A stretch of 64,000 nucleotides of DNA from the human T2T-CHM13v2.0 reference genome, Homo sapiens, in the NCBI RefSeq assembly GCF_009914755.1, contig NC_060925.1. One strand, 5' to 3'. Position numbers and translations under genes: made by a program. Positions 16,665 to 31,429 of the stretch are shown here, piece by piece. The notes under the pieces are model-generated. The model was not told where the DNA came from and ran no database searches. It saw only the letters and a list, made by a program, of their open reading frames with translations. The number at the start of each line of letters is the position of its first letter. Within the stretch, counting starts at the first letter, position 1.

Positions 16665-16830
16665 GGCCTCCTAGGTGCCAGGAACTGTGTAAATGTAGTC
16701 TTGTTTAACTGGAACAACAACCCTGTGAAGAAAATGAAGCTCAAATATGTCCAATAACCAGCCCAAGGTCAGGCAATTGATGAGTGGCAGAGCAGACATT
16801 TAAGCCCAGACCTTTTTCTTTTTCTCCAAA
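16665..16830 (-). mobile_element. MIR SINE
   Basis: aacaacaaccctgtgaag...gcccaaggtc...gagtggcagagcagacatttaagcccaga. Confidence 0.65.
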
Positions 16831-18517
16831 GCTTGTGCTTTTTTATGCAACATTGAGTTGTGCTGATAGTGTTGGCACAGTGACAGAGAGAAAATTGTCC
16901 TAAATAAATGTGAAAATAAATCTTGGGCTATTCATTACCCAAGCTTTACAAGCAAACCATCATCCCTGTGGCAGGGTTGAGCTGCACTAGAGAAATCTCA
17001 GTGTACAAATAGGAAGCATCATTCCAGTTTATGGTGCCCTTACCTGCCAGATTATAGAGGTGGGATCTGGAGGAGAAAGTCTCCCCCGAAACAGTCTTAC
17101 CTGGAACTGAAAAAATAATAAGGGAAACAGAATTCCAGCAAACAGGAAAAGGCCTCTCAGATTGAGTGAGCTATTTTATTCAGGAAACATTATGCATTAA
17201 TTTTAACCAATTCTCATTTAATCTCCATCTGGTTTGGAATTTTAAGAGAACCTAAATTACACAATATTTTAAAAATATAGTTAGCTGACTGAGTCCACTG
17301 CATGTGACAGTGTGGATCATCATTGTCACAGGTGAATATATTTTTATGCCTTCATCCAAATACTTACTGAGCATCAATTATGTGCCAGGCACTTCAGTAA
17401 TTGGTCAAAGAAACTTCTAAATCCTGTTGGTGTTCTTCCTGAAACAATCAAGTCCTCCTGATACATCTCTGATTCTTAATAACAAATACCTGATGGAATG
17501 CTTCCCAATTAAATTATATATAAAACCAATTGCCTTTGGAATTTGGATATTTACATTAGATGAAAAAATATGATATACAGATGATTGCCCTTCATTTTTC
17601 AGTAGTCTTGCATCTTGTTCTCATTCTCTTAAGTCTGGTTATTATTAAGGAAAGAGAATTCTCAGCACACTATAGCATATTAATTTCCATTGGCCAAATG
17701 TCAACTAGAACGAGTATTTCTTATGTGTGGTTGGCATGTGCATGTGTGGAGGTTGTTAAAGTTTCCTGATGTGTTCTGAAACTCAGATGGGCCTGGGTGT
17801 GGAGAGATGAGAACCCCATCATGAACCAGGGCTTCCCATCTGGCTGGTCATCTTGTTACACCATCATCTCTGGAATTAACATTTGGAGGCCCTCCAAGGG
17901 AACATTCTCTGTGGCAAGTTCCCAACTGAGCTTCAAGTTACACTTCTGGAGTTATATGGGACAGAAGAGAGTGTTATCTCAAAGGCCATCCCTGTGTTGT
18001 TAGGCCAGGGTATGCTTCCTTTCTGGAGTTCTGCACATCAGACACTAATCCTGCCTGCCAGACAAAGATTAATCCAGGCAGAGGTGGCCAAACTGACAAC
18101 CTAGGTGACACTATATGAGCTAGGGGTCTCCCTTGGGCAGATGGATATGGAGAACTTTGCAACAAAAAGCACCACAGAGCCTGTGGTAAGCTATAATATA
18201 TTAAAAGATGAAATGACAGTATTGAATTTTAGGGCAGGAAGGAGGCTATGTCCACCGTTCATTTTACAGAGGACAAAATAGCCATCTAGAAAAAGTAGAT
18301 GCTGTAACTAAAGATATTTCACTGCTAACTTGCAAAGCCAGGCCTGGTCCCCATGACTAGAATCCCAGCCCCAGCTGTACATGGAGAGCCACAGTAGGCA
18401 CCGCCCTGTTGCTGTGTTTTCTAGAGCTATATTCTCAATGGGATAAAAAGGAGCTCCCTCTAAAGTGTTAACTCATAACATATTCAGGCCTCCCCATAGG
18501 AGATTATCTCTCCCTAC

Positions 18518-19720
18518 CTTTTTTAAAGTAAGTAATCTCAAACTTATAGAAAAGTTGTGCCTATAGTAGCAAGAACTGTTTTCCTTAAACTATTTATGAG
18601 TAAGTTGCTAGCATGACATCCTAAACCCCTAAATGCTTTGATGTGTATGTATCATAAACAATGATAATTCTCCCATATTATAAAAAATCTATTTCTCTTA
18701 TATTATCTACTGTCAAAATTAGGAAATTAACACTTATACATTACTACCATCTAATCCACAGATCACATTCAGGTTTCCTCATTTTCCCAAAAATGTTCCA
18801 GTCCAGAATCACACAATGCTTTTAGTTGTCATAGTCTCAGAATGGTTTCTCCATGTTCTCTTGACTTTCATGACCTTGACATATTTGAAGATTACAGGAC
18901 AGCTTTTGGGGAATGTAACTGAGTTTATCTTTGTTTGATGTTTCCCCATGATTAGAGTTAGCTTTTTGTACTTTTGGCAAAAATATTACAGAAGTGATGC
19001 TATGTGTGCCTCATTGCATCCTACCGGCAGCACATGATTTGGATTTTTTCCATTTCTAATATTAACATTGATCACTTAACTAAGGTGGTTTCTGCCAGGT
19101 TTCTTCACTGGATAGTAACTTTTTTTTTCCTTTTGCAATTAACATATATTTTGTGGGTAATATTTTTAGCCTATGTAGCCATCCTATTCTTCATCAAATT
19201 TTCAATTTATTTATTCAATTATTTATATGAATATGAGTACATTGATTCTTATTTTATTCAAAAGGTTCTAATCTGTTACCATTGTTGTCTTTTTTACGTT
19301 CATGGGGAAACACCTTCCTGCAGGATTCTGTGTCTTTTTGGCATGTTCTCGTCATTCTTTGAGTGCTTCGTTGCTTTCCAGAACAAGATTGTGCAGGCTC
19401 ACCTTGTAATTGCCCTGGCCCATCTGCGGAACCAACCAAACATGTGGATGTTGGTTGTACTAACTGCTAGGAGTTTGTCACTGATCTCAGGCACTCTAAG
19501 CCTACAAAGCTAGAAAATAAACATTCACACCCACACACACACACACACACACCCCAAACTCATATTTCTCTATGTATTGAAAATCATGAATTCAAACTGA
19601 TAACTCCATTTCTAATACAACACTAAAGCGTTGTTCTTTTTTTCTCATTTCCATACATGGAAGTACCTTCTCCAACAGTGAAAAATCTGACCCACATTAT
19701 TCCTAACATATTTCCTTACT
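18518..19720 (-). mobile_element. Old L1 (L1MC-type) 3' region
   Basis: aaacttatagaaaagttg...aaattaggaaattaacact...cttgactttcatgaccttgaca...gatcacttaactaaggtggtttctgccagg. Confidence 0.75.
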
Positions 19721-20372
19721 TGGTCCATCTCTATGGCTGTCCCACTGTCTCCTCACCTGGACACTTTCCTCGGTGGCAGCCTTTCTTGCCTCACTTAGGC
19801 TCCAACACTCCATGCTGGGCCCTGACTCTCCTGTGTAGACACCTTCCTCCCCTTGTTAGAGAGACCATGGAGGCTCCCCTCACTGTACCTGGAAAACACC
19901 ACTCTGCTTGGTCCCTGCTAAAATCTTTGTGAAGAATTGTTCAGGAAGTAGAGAAAAGGAGAAAGATGAAGAAAAAAACGATAAAATTCTCTTCTCTCTT
20001 TTGTCTATGTGGTCAACTCCTAGACCCCTTAAGCTTCATCATTACTCTCAGGGCCTCCATGGTCTGCCATCACTTTCTCCTCACCTATGAAATGGCGTGA
20101 ATCACACTGCATAATGGTCATCTGTGCATGCATTGTCCCTAGCCCTAAGCTACTTTAGGCAGCTGTTGTAGCCTCTTTATCTTTCATAGCTAGGGTCCAG
20201 CATAGTGCTTACCATGGAGTAGGGATCCAATATATATTTATTGAATAGAGATTACATAAATGAATGGATGATCATTTAAGTTATAACCACCTCCTCATCC
20301 CATAGATGCATTTTCCTTTTAACTAGTGTCTCTTAATGATTAAATGTTTTCTAGAGCTAAATGGATAAATAT

Positions 20373-23243
20373 TGCTGTAATTTGGACGTTTGTACCCCCA
20401 AATTTTATGTTGAGATTGGATCCCCACCATTGGAGGTGGGGCCTAATGGGGAGTGTTTGAGTCCTAGAGGTGGATCCCTCATGAATGGCTTGGTGCTGTC
20501 CTCCTGTTAATGAGTGAGTTCTTGCTCTATTAGTTCCCGAGAGAGCTAGTTGTTATAAAGAGCCTGGTACCTCCCATGTCTCTCTTGCTTCCTCTCTCAC
20601 CATGTGATCTCTGCACATGCCAGCTCCCCTTCCCCTTCCCCGTCCACCATGAGTGGAAACATCCTGAGTCCCTCACCAGAAGCAAATGCCAGTGCCATGC
20701 TTCTTGTACAGCCTGCCAAACCATGAGCCAAAATGTATTAGTCCTTTCTCACACTGCTGTAAAGAACTTCCCTGAGACTAGGTAATTTATAAACAAAGGA
20801 GGTTTAATTGACTCACAGTTCTGCATGGCTGGAGAGGCCTCAGGAAACTTATAATCATGGCAGAAGGCAAAGGGGAAGCAGACACCTTCTTCACAAGGCG
20901 ACAGGAGAGAGAAGAGCCAAGGAGGAACATCTAAACACTTATAAAGCCATCATATCTCATGGAAACTCACTCACTATTAAGAGAACAGCATGCGGAAACT
21001 GATCCAATCACCCCCCTCCCTTGACATCCCTTGACAAGGGATTACAGGTCCCTCCCTTGACTCATGGGGATTACAAATTGAGATGAGATTTGGGTAAGTA
21101 CATAAGTACACAGAGCCAAACCATATCACCAAATAAGCCCCCTTTCTTTATAATTGACCAGCCTCAGGTATTCCTATATAGCAACACAAACAGACTGACA
21201 GAAAATTAGTACCAAGGAGTGGGGCACTGCTATAAAGATACTTGAAAATGTGGAAGCAGCTTCAGAACTGGATAATGGGCAGAGGTTAGAAGAGTCTGGA
21301 GGGCACAAAAGAAGAAAAATAAGCAAGGAAAAATCTGGAACTTCTTAGAGATTAGTTGCGTGGTTGTGACCAAAATGCTGATAGAAATATAGACAGCAAA
21401 GTCCAAACTGATGAAATCTCAAGTGGAAATGAGGAACTTACTCGGAACTGGAGCAAAGGTCACCCTTGTTGCCATAGCAAAGGACTTAGCTGCATTGTGT
21501 TCATGCCCTAGGGCCAAACTTAAGAGTGATGACCTAGAGTATCTAAGGGAAGAAATCTCTAAGCAGCAAAGCTTCAAGAAGGGGCATGGCTGCTTTTAAC
21601 AGCTATGGTCATATACAGCAGCAAAGGAATGACCTAAAGTGGAACTTATAATTAAAAAGGAAGCAGAGCATAAACATTTGGAAAATATGTAGCCTGGCCA
21701 TGTGGTAGAGAAGGAAGGAGCATTTCAAGAATAATTCAAGGGCACTACAGAGCAACCACTCACTAGAGGGATTTGTACCACTAAAAGGTAGCCAGGTGCT
21801 AATAGTCAAGACAACGGGAAAGAGGAAATACCCAAAGGTATTTCAGAAATTTTCAAGGCTACTCCTCCCATCACAGGCCCAGAGGCCCAGGAAAACAGAA
21901 TAATTTCCTAGGGTGCAGCTGTTCTGCTCCATCTCAGGGGGCTGCTCCCTGCATCCCTCCCTCAGTCTGCAGCTGTGGGTCAAAGGGCCACAAGTATTGA
22001 TCTGGCCACTGCCCTGAGGGCACTAGCCATAAGCCTTGGTGGCTTTCACATAGTATTAAGTGTGTAGGTGCACAGAATGCAAGAATGGTGGCAGCTTGGC
22101 AGCTTGCATCTAGATTTCAGAGAATGTATCAGAAAGCCTGGGCACCCAGGCAGAAGCCTGCCACAGGGGTGGAGCCACTGCAGAGAGCCTCGACTAGGGT
22201 AGTACTGAGGGGAAATGTAGAGTTGGATCCCCCTGTACAGAGTCCCCACCAGAGCACTGCCTAGTAGACCTGTGAAAATAGGGCCACAACCCTCCAGACA
22301 CCAGAATTATAGAGCCACCAGCAGTGTGCAACTTCAATCTGGAAAAGCTGCAGACACTGGACTCCAACCCATAAGAGCAGCCATGTAGGCTACACTCAGC
22401 AAAGTCATGGAGGTAGGGCTGCTAGAGCCCCTGGGGGCATACTCTTCACACCAGTGCACTCAGGATATGAGACATGGAGTCAAAGATTATTTTGGGGCTT
22501 TAAGATTTAATATCTACCCTGCTGGATTTCAAACTTACGTGGAACCTGTTACCCCTTTCTCTTGGCCAATTTTTCCCTTTTGGAATGGGAATGTTTACCC
22601 AATGCTTGTACAACCATTGTATCTTGGAAGTAAATAATTTGTTTTTGATTTTACAGTCTCCCAGCTGTAAGGAATTTATCTTGACTCTCAGATAAGATTT
22701 GGGACATTGGACTTTTGAGTTGATGCTGGAACAAGTTAAGACTTTTGGAGACTATTGGGATGAAACGATTGTATTTTGCAACGTAAGAAGAACATGAAGT
22801 TTGAGGGGTAAAGGGTGGAATGCTATGGTTTGGATACTTATCCCCCCAAACCTCAATCTGAAAGTTGATCCTCAATATTAGAGATGGGACCTAATGGGAA
22901 GTGTTTAGGTCATGAGGGTGGATCCCTCAATAATGGCTTGGTGCTGTCATAGTGGTAATGAGTTCTCACTCTATTAGTTCCCACAAGAGCTGGTTGTTAA
23001 AAAGAGTGTGGCACTCTTTTCCCCACGTTCTTGTTTTCCTCCCTCACTCTGTGACCTTTGCACACGCTAACTCCCTTTCACCTTCCTCCATGAGTGGAAG
23101 CAACCTGAGACCTTCACCAGAAGCAAATGTTGATGCTGTGCTTCTTGTACAGCCTGCAACACCTTAAGCCAAATTAACTCCTTCTCTTTATCAATTACTC
23201 AGCCTCAGGTATTCATTTATAGCAACACAAATGGACTAAGACA
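20373..23243 (+). mobile_element. Full-length MST (MSTB-like) MaLR provirus: 5' LTR 20373-~21200, internal ~21201-22820, 3' LTR 22821-23243
   Basis: Two homologous TG...CA LTRs, MST-int sequence, purine tract before the 3' LTR, perfect 5-bp TSD AATAT at 20368-20372 and 23244-23248. Confidence 0.93.
20734..21128 (-). mobile_element. THE1-type solo LTR nested in the MST 5' LTR
   Basis: tgtattagtcc...aggtttaattgactcacagttc...gagccaaaccatatca; CCAAA on both flanks (left has one extra A). Confidence 0.9.
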
Positions 23244-23944
23244 AATATCTACTGTGGTATTGTATAAGTAGATAGATGGTAGGAGTGATATCTTTATACA
23301 GGGATTGGGGTCAAATCAATCAGTCAGAAGGGATCTGTCTGCTTTTCCTTCTTGAGGGGTTACCCATGTAATAAAAACATTAAGTGTTTGTAATGCTTGA
23401 GGCACACGCATTGTAAACACCTACAAGGTGCTCTGGCACATTACATGTATTCTTTTCCTTTCCACTTATACATGGGTTATCTGACCTTCCAAGCCTAGGT
23501 CAGCCCTCATGTCATACATGAATCTTTGCTCAATAATTCTAGTCTGCACAAACTCCTCTGGAGTTCTCTGAACTCTTCTGGAGCTCTCTGGATTTCAATA
23601 GCACTTATAGTTAGTTCCACAAAGCCAGTCCTAAATTGTATTTAAATTATCTCAAAATAGACTATAAATCTACTGAAAACAGTAGCAGGCCTCTTACCTC
23701 CTTTTACCACTGTTATCTCCAACAGTGTCTAGAAAAATATTAAGTGCCTAATAAGTATTTGATTGACTCAATGACTGATTAATATCTGGTAAGTAGCAAT
23801 AGAAGTTTTAGTAGTCAGTATCCCTGAACCTATTGTTTTAATAAATACTCAGAAAAAATATTCCTTTATAGAAACTAAAATGGCTATAGAGAACCATCTA
23901 TTACAAGAGTAAACCTGTGAATTCTCAGAGAACCAGATAGTACT

Positions 23945-25580
23945 CTAAAAAGAACATACGTGTAAAAGACATATCTGACTGTCTGACTGTTATCCAAATA
24001 GACAAATAACTCTTAAAACTCAACAATAAGGAAATGAACAATCTAATTAAAATTTTGACAAAATATCTGGACGGACACCCCACCAAAGATGATATACAGA
24101 TGGCTAGTATTGAAAAGATACTCAACATTGTATGTTATTAGGGAATTTCAAATTAAAACAAGGAAGTATCACTACACACCTACTAGAATGGCTAACATCC
24201 AAAAACACTGACAATACCAAATGCTGGTGAAGATGTTGAAAAACAAGAACTCTCTTTCATTGATAGTGGAAATGAAAAATGGTACAGACATTTTAGAAAA
24301 TACTTTGGCAGTTTCTTATAAAACCAAACATACTGTCAGCATAAGATCCAGCAATCTCACTCCTTGATATTTACCCAAAAGATTTAAAAATTTATGTCTA
24401 CACCAAAACCTGCAAATGAATGTTTATAGCAGCTTTATTCATAATAGCTGAAACTTGGAAGTAAGATGTCTTTCAATAAGTAAATGTATAAACAAACTGT
24501 GGTACAGCCATATAATGTGTTTTACCCATACTACCCTGGGTGAGGATGGTGAGTCCAGACACAGACCAAGAGGGAGGAATTGGAAAGGGTTTTATAGTCT
24601 GTTACACTCACAGTTCCCTGGGGGAGAATACAGCATGCTATGCAGGGTCATTCAGGGAAGCACTGGGGCCACTCACAAGACGGAAGGAAAGAGGGGAACT
24701 ATGAGCAAGCGCCTTGACCATGATTTCAGCAGGAAAGAATGGGCAAGTCACGGTAAGCAAGTTTAGGATTGAGTAGTTCAAATAATTTCCATAAGCTCTT
24801 GGGCATAGAGGCTGTGCCTGGTTGTCTATAGCCTGGCCTGGGAGGGGTTTGAGTGACTCAATGCATGAGAGCCTAAAAAGGGAGACAGTTAGGAATGTGT
24901 ATTTAATGGGCCACTCAAGAATGGAAACTGACTGCCTCTAGCTAGAGCTCAAAACTGGGTCAATTCAATTTAAAAAAAAAAAACAAAAAACTATATTACA
25001 CAATGAAATTTTATTCAGTGTGAAAAAGAAATGAGCTATCAAGCTACATAAAGACAAGTAGGAATCTTAAATGCATATTGTTTAGTGAAAGAAGCCAATC
25101 TGAAAAGGCTGCACACCATATGATTTCAACTATATGACGTTCTAGGAAAGGCAAAGCGATGGAGACAGGAAAAAGGTCAGTGGTTACCAGAGGACCAGTG
25201 GGGAAGGAGGGATGAATACATGAAGCACAGGGGATCTTCAGGGCAGTGAACCCATTCTACATGATACTATAATGGTGGATACATGTGATCATACATTTGT
25301 CAAAACCCATAAAATGTATGACACCCTTAGAATGTACAAAGGATGCACCATCCATAGAATGTGCAACTCTAATGTAAACTATGGATTTTGGTTTACTATG
25401 ATGTGTCAATGTTGATTCATCAATTGTAACAAAAGTACCACACTGATATAGGATGTTGATTGAGGGGGAGGCTGTGTATGGGAGGAGGTACCAGGTATGT
25501 GGGAACTCTGCACTTTCTTCTCAGTTTTGCTGTGAATCTAAAACTGCTCTAAAAAATAAAATCTACTAATTAAAAAATAA
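23945..25580 (+). mobile_element. L1MC-type LINE-1 3' fragment, interrupted by an LTR
   Basis: Degenerate ORF2 C-terminus and 3'UTR (aatgtaaactatggattttgg; ttttgctgtgaatctaaaactgctctaaaaaataaa). Confidence 0.85.
24518..25000 (-). mobile_element. Solo LTR, MER54-like (ERVL)
   Basis: TG...CA ends, TSD TAATG/CAATG, L1 sequence resumes in register; family name recalled from consensus. Confidence 0.65.
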
Positions 25581-25769
25581 AATAACACAATGTAAATCAT
25601 TTAGAAACAAAGCTAAAGGAGAGCTTTCCTCTGGAAATCAAGAAAGATTGGTGACAATTATGAAGCCATTATGCAATAAAAAGGAATAATTAAAGGGATG
25701 ATGAAACCCCATTATTATTAAAAGACAGTCTAGAAAAAGGAGTTATATTCATAGAACAATTACTGAAGG

Positions 25770-25980
25770 GATACTACATGCTAGCCACCACAAGACACAT
25801 TTAAATAATGAGATATTATCTCACTTAATCACATTTAATCCTTACCTATTACTCATAAAAATGTGTAATTAACCCATTTGAAAATGAAGAAGCTGAGGTT
25901 CAAAGATGATAGGTGGCTTGCCCAGTTTGACTAATTCAAGGTGGCTTGCCCAGTTTGATTAATTCAAGTAAGCGGAGTTG
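25770..25980 (-). mobile_element. MIR SINE with internal 28-bp tandem duplication
   Basis: cccatttgaaaatgaagaagctgaggttcaaagatgataggtggcttgccc. Confidence 0.7.
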
Positions 25981-26097
25981 TCTCTATAGAAGATGGTTCT
26001 TATTTATCGTGGAATCTTCTCAGAGTTTAGTATACTGCTTGCTCAGAATCTTCTCTCAGAAGACTCTATGATAAATAAGAACCATCTTCTATAGAGA
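25981..26097. repeat. Long inverted repeat / hairpin (28 bp perfect, ~45-bp stem)
   Basis: 25981-26008 is the exact reverse complement of 26070-26097. Confidence 0.97.
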
Positions 26098-26189
26098 AAG
26101 AATTGACAACTTCAAGAGAAGGTGGTCATCTACACCACATCATTCAGGGCATAGGGAATGGAGGGGTGCATGAAAAAATTAACTTTACT

Positions 26190-26580
26190 TGGAAGGATCC
26201 AAAAAGGAAGCAGCATTAGAGCTAGGCCTTGAAAGATGAGTACAATTTCCAATAAACATAAAATGTGGGAAAGGGTGGGTAGTAACAATGGCAAAAGCAA
26301 AGAGTTGTAGAGAGCAGGGAGACCAGAATGGGTGAAGTATGGCTCTCAAAGAGGGATGTGGCATAAAAGAGGACAGAGGAGCATCCCAGGGCCATGGAGG
26401 TCATGCCAAGGTGTGTGGACTTGACTTGGAAAGCAATGGAGAGCCACTGGATCTTTCGAGGAAGAATGTTACACAATTCAGTCTATATTTTTGGAATATC
26501 ATTTTGTGTCGATGTGGGAATGCCAGTTACAGAGAACCAGGGCTGCAGACAAAGAGATCCTAGTTAAGCAATGGTAATAC
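26190..26580 (-). mobile_element. L2 LINE fragment
   Basis: gagctaggccttgaaagatgagta...gcaatggagagccactgga. Confidence 0.65.
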
Positions 26581-26724
26581 AGTGAACCAAATAAAGCAGA
26601 AGCAGAGCAGTGTTTGAGGAAGGATATTTATGTTCCATGAAGTAACCAGCTGGAAGTATTAAGGGTTCATTGAGTTAGAAAAAATGTAGTATATTCTTCT
26701 AATTGCTTCAGAGTAAAGTAGCTT

Positions 26725-27045
26725 TTATCTAAAATGTTTGTCTAAATGTCACCTTCTCAATAAGGTCACTCCTAACCACCCTATTTAAAATTCCAATTTC
26801 ACTCCAGACTCCTGATCCCCTTAGCCTTCCTTTTTCTTTTTTGTTTTTCACAAAATCTATCAACATAACTAGTAACATTCTACATAATTTACTTTATCAT
26901 TTTTTATTGTCTGTCTACCCCCACTGGAATATAAGCTTCATAAGGAAAGACACCTTTCGTATGTTCACTGAGTATCCCAAACACCTTGAGTACTGCCTAA
27001 CACATAGTAGATGGACAAGAAATATTGTTGAGTGAGTTAATGAAC
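26725..27045 (+). mobile_element. L2 LINE 3' end
   Basis: aaatgtcaccttctc...accaccctatttaaaatt...cacatagtag...aaatattgttgagtgagttaatgaa. Confidence 0.8.
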
Positions 27046-27143
27046 ACAGGCATACACTGGCATAATCCTAGCAGTGCTTCAAGCTAGGCAAAGATATGGT
27101 ATAAACTACAGACAATTTCAAGGATACTTAAAATCCATTTTCT

Positions 27144-28738
<1,595 letters not shown>

Positions 28739-28954
28739 CTATAAAAACATTTGTATATGTTCCTAAGGATAAATAATTATGAAAGGGTTTACAGGATTAG
28801 TAAATAGTATAGAACTCCTGTCCAGGAGACCATATTTTTTACATGTACTAAAATCTTCTATTATACTCAGTATACTTGTAGATTGGGCAAAAGACTGGTA
28901 ATGAGAGGGATGCTTTAGGTGTGACAATTGAGTCGTAGTAAGCCCATGTCATGA

Positions 28955-29293
<339 letters not shown>

Positions 29294-29519
29294 TGACAGA
29301 TTTTTTTAAATGTATTTTATCTTAATTAGTCTTTGTAATCGTTTGTCAGCACTGTAATATGTTGTTATTTTCATTTAGCATATCAGGAAACTAAGATTAA
29401 GAGAGGCAACTGGCTTCTCCAGGGACACAGTTTGAAGAAGTCCACCTGATTTCAATGCCTTACGTTTCTCACTGCAGCCAAGGAAATTGTAACAGTAACA
29501 AGGAAACAAAGAAGACTTT

Positions 29520-29742
29520 ATTAAGCCTTTACTCTGGACAAGACACTGTGCTACTCACTTTACAACAACGCTATAAGATGGTTAATATCAGTTTACCCAT
29601 TTTACGGATAAAGAAACCTAGCACAGAGAGTTGATATAAACTGCTCAAAATCACATGTCTAGCAAGTTCTAAAACTGGGACTCAGACCTGTGCCTAATGA
29701 ACTCTAAAGCCCAGGCTCATAACCACTACACCATATTGCCAA
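29520..29742 (-). mobile_element. MIR SINE
   Basis: cccattttacggataaagaaacctagcacagagag...actctaaagcccaggctcataaccactacac. Confidence 0.75.
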
Positions 29743-31429
29743 GTGGGAAACAATGATATTGCCAGATGGAACAGGCTGAGGTTTTGCTGATTTGGGGGAA
29801 GGGGAATTAGTAAAAGATAGGTTTTCACAAGGCAAGTGCAAAGAGATAACTATTCAGCAAATTAATGCAGTAGTTTAAAGGGTAGTTTGAGCAGATGCCA
29901 TGTGGAAGTTACCAGAGAAAACATCAGTTCTTTAAGCCAAATGGTATTTTGAGAGCATGAAGATAATGTAATTATAAGATTTTTAACCATAAAAACAAAT
30001 CCATATACATAAACACTTAGCTAGAAGGAGAATAGGGCATAGCTGGGTATATTACATTAAACACGTCTTTTACTAATTAATAAGATATTGGTCATACTGA
30101 AATTACAAGTACTCAAATGCAGTGATTATATTGGGATTTGATGTATAATTACTGATGTTTATATTTACCCAGAAATACAAATCTTCCCAATCACTTCTCC
30201 CAGTGAAGGCTTCTGTGAGGACAAGGCAGGAGCAGAGAATGTCTCATGCCTAATGGTCCAGGGCACCCCTCCAACCCAGAAAATAGAGCCAGGAACTGTG
30301 CGAGAAATGGAAGTCAGAGGGGAGCTGAAGATAAGTTACTGAAATGAGACTGCCATGGCAGAGATCAACAGCTGCCTACAACAGATGCTGTGCTTTTCAC
30401 AAAAGCCATCTTTTCTTCTTACTTTTGTCTGCACGTTAGAATGTAAGGACTCCAAAGGGACAGGTGGTAAAGAGAAATAACTTGGGCTTTCACCAAGAAC
30501 TTCAACATATATGAAATACCTTACTAGTCTATGAATAATTCGAAGGCTGTGAGTAGAACCAATCCATCTTTGTTACCCCAGCTCCCAATATGGGCCTAAC
30601 AAGTTGCTCAGCAAATGTCTGTTGACCAAAGAATGACTGGTCTCATTATCAACAGATCTGTGCTGTTTCTTTTACTTTAGGGTGTGGCTTGTGCACAACA
30701 AGAGATAAAGACAACCTAGAATATCTATTTAAATCATATAACATTTGTAACTACTTATATGTAGCCTGGGGGACCTTTCCTGCCATATTAGGAGATGATT
30801 AAAAGAAGCAAATTTCACTCATCTGACCAGGAGATTGACCTAAGTGAACTAGGTTCCAGTGTCCCATATCATATACTTAGCCAGTGCTAATGTGTGTTTG
30901 TGCATGGCAATGTTGAAAGAATGTGAAACATTTTCACATTATGGGAACTAGAAGCACAGAGAGAGATAAACTTCCTCCAGCTGAAGAACAGAGAGTAATC
31001 TTTTCTGTTAAACAGTGAGAAGCACTCAGTCTCCCATACGATCCAGCCTGCTTATTTTGAGGAATGGAATGAACAAATGTTTTTCTCATTCTACTGCATT
31101 TATTTCACCAGCAGGCAACAACATCTCTGCTACTACCCTTCTGAATGCCATGCTCAGATGGAAGTTTTTGCCTCACTGTACAGTTTAAAAATATCTTACA
31201 ATTAGAAGCAGAAATAAACTAAAAACAATGTTGAGCAGAGAAATACTTGACAGAATGGAATCCAACAAATATATTTGGTAGCTTACATTTTGCTAGTTAT
31301 GTGGAAGTCAATCTTGGTAAAATTATAAGTTAAAGGTACTGTCAACTAGCACATATGTGATACATCTTTGGTACTCCGTAAATATTTGTTGAATTAATTA
31401 ATCTTAGCTTTCACAGTGTGGTACCAGAT

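Noticed and set aside
19004-19513. 169-aa hydrophobic ORF resembling a membrane protein
   Set aside because: Lies in T-rich antisense L1MC sequence; compositional artefact
23551-23592. 20-bp imperfect tandem repeat
   Set aside because: Ordinary slippage duplication in an L2-like region
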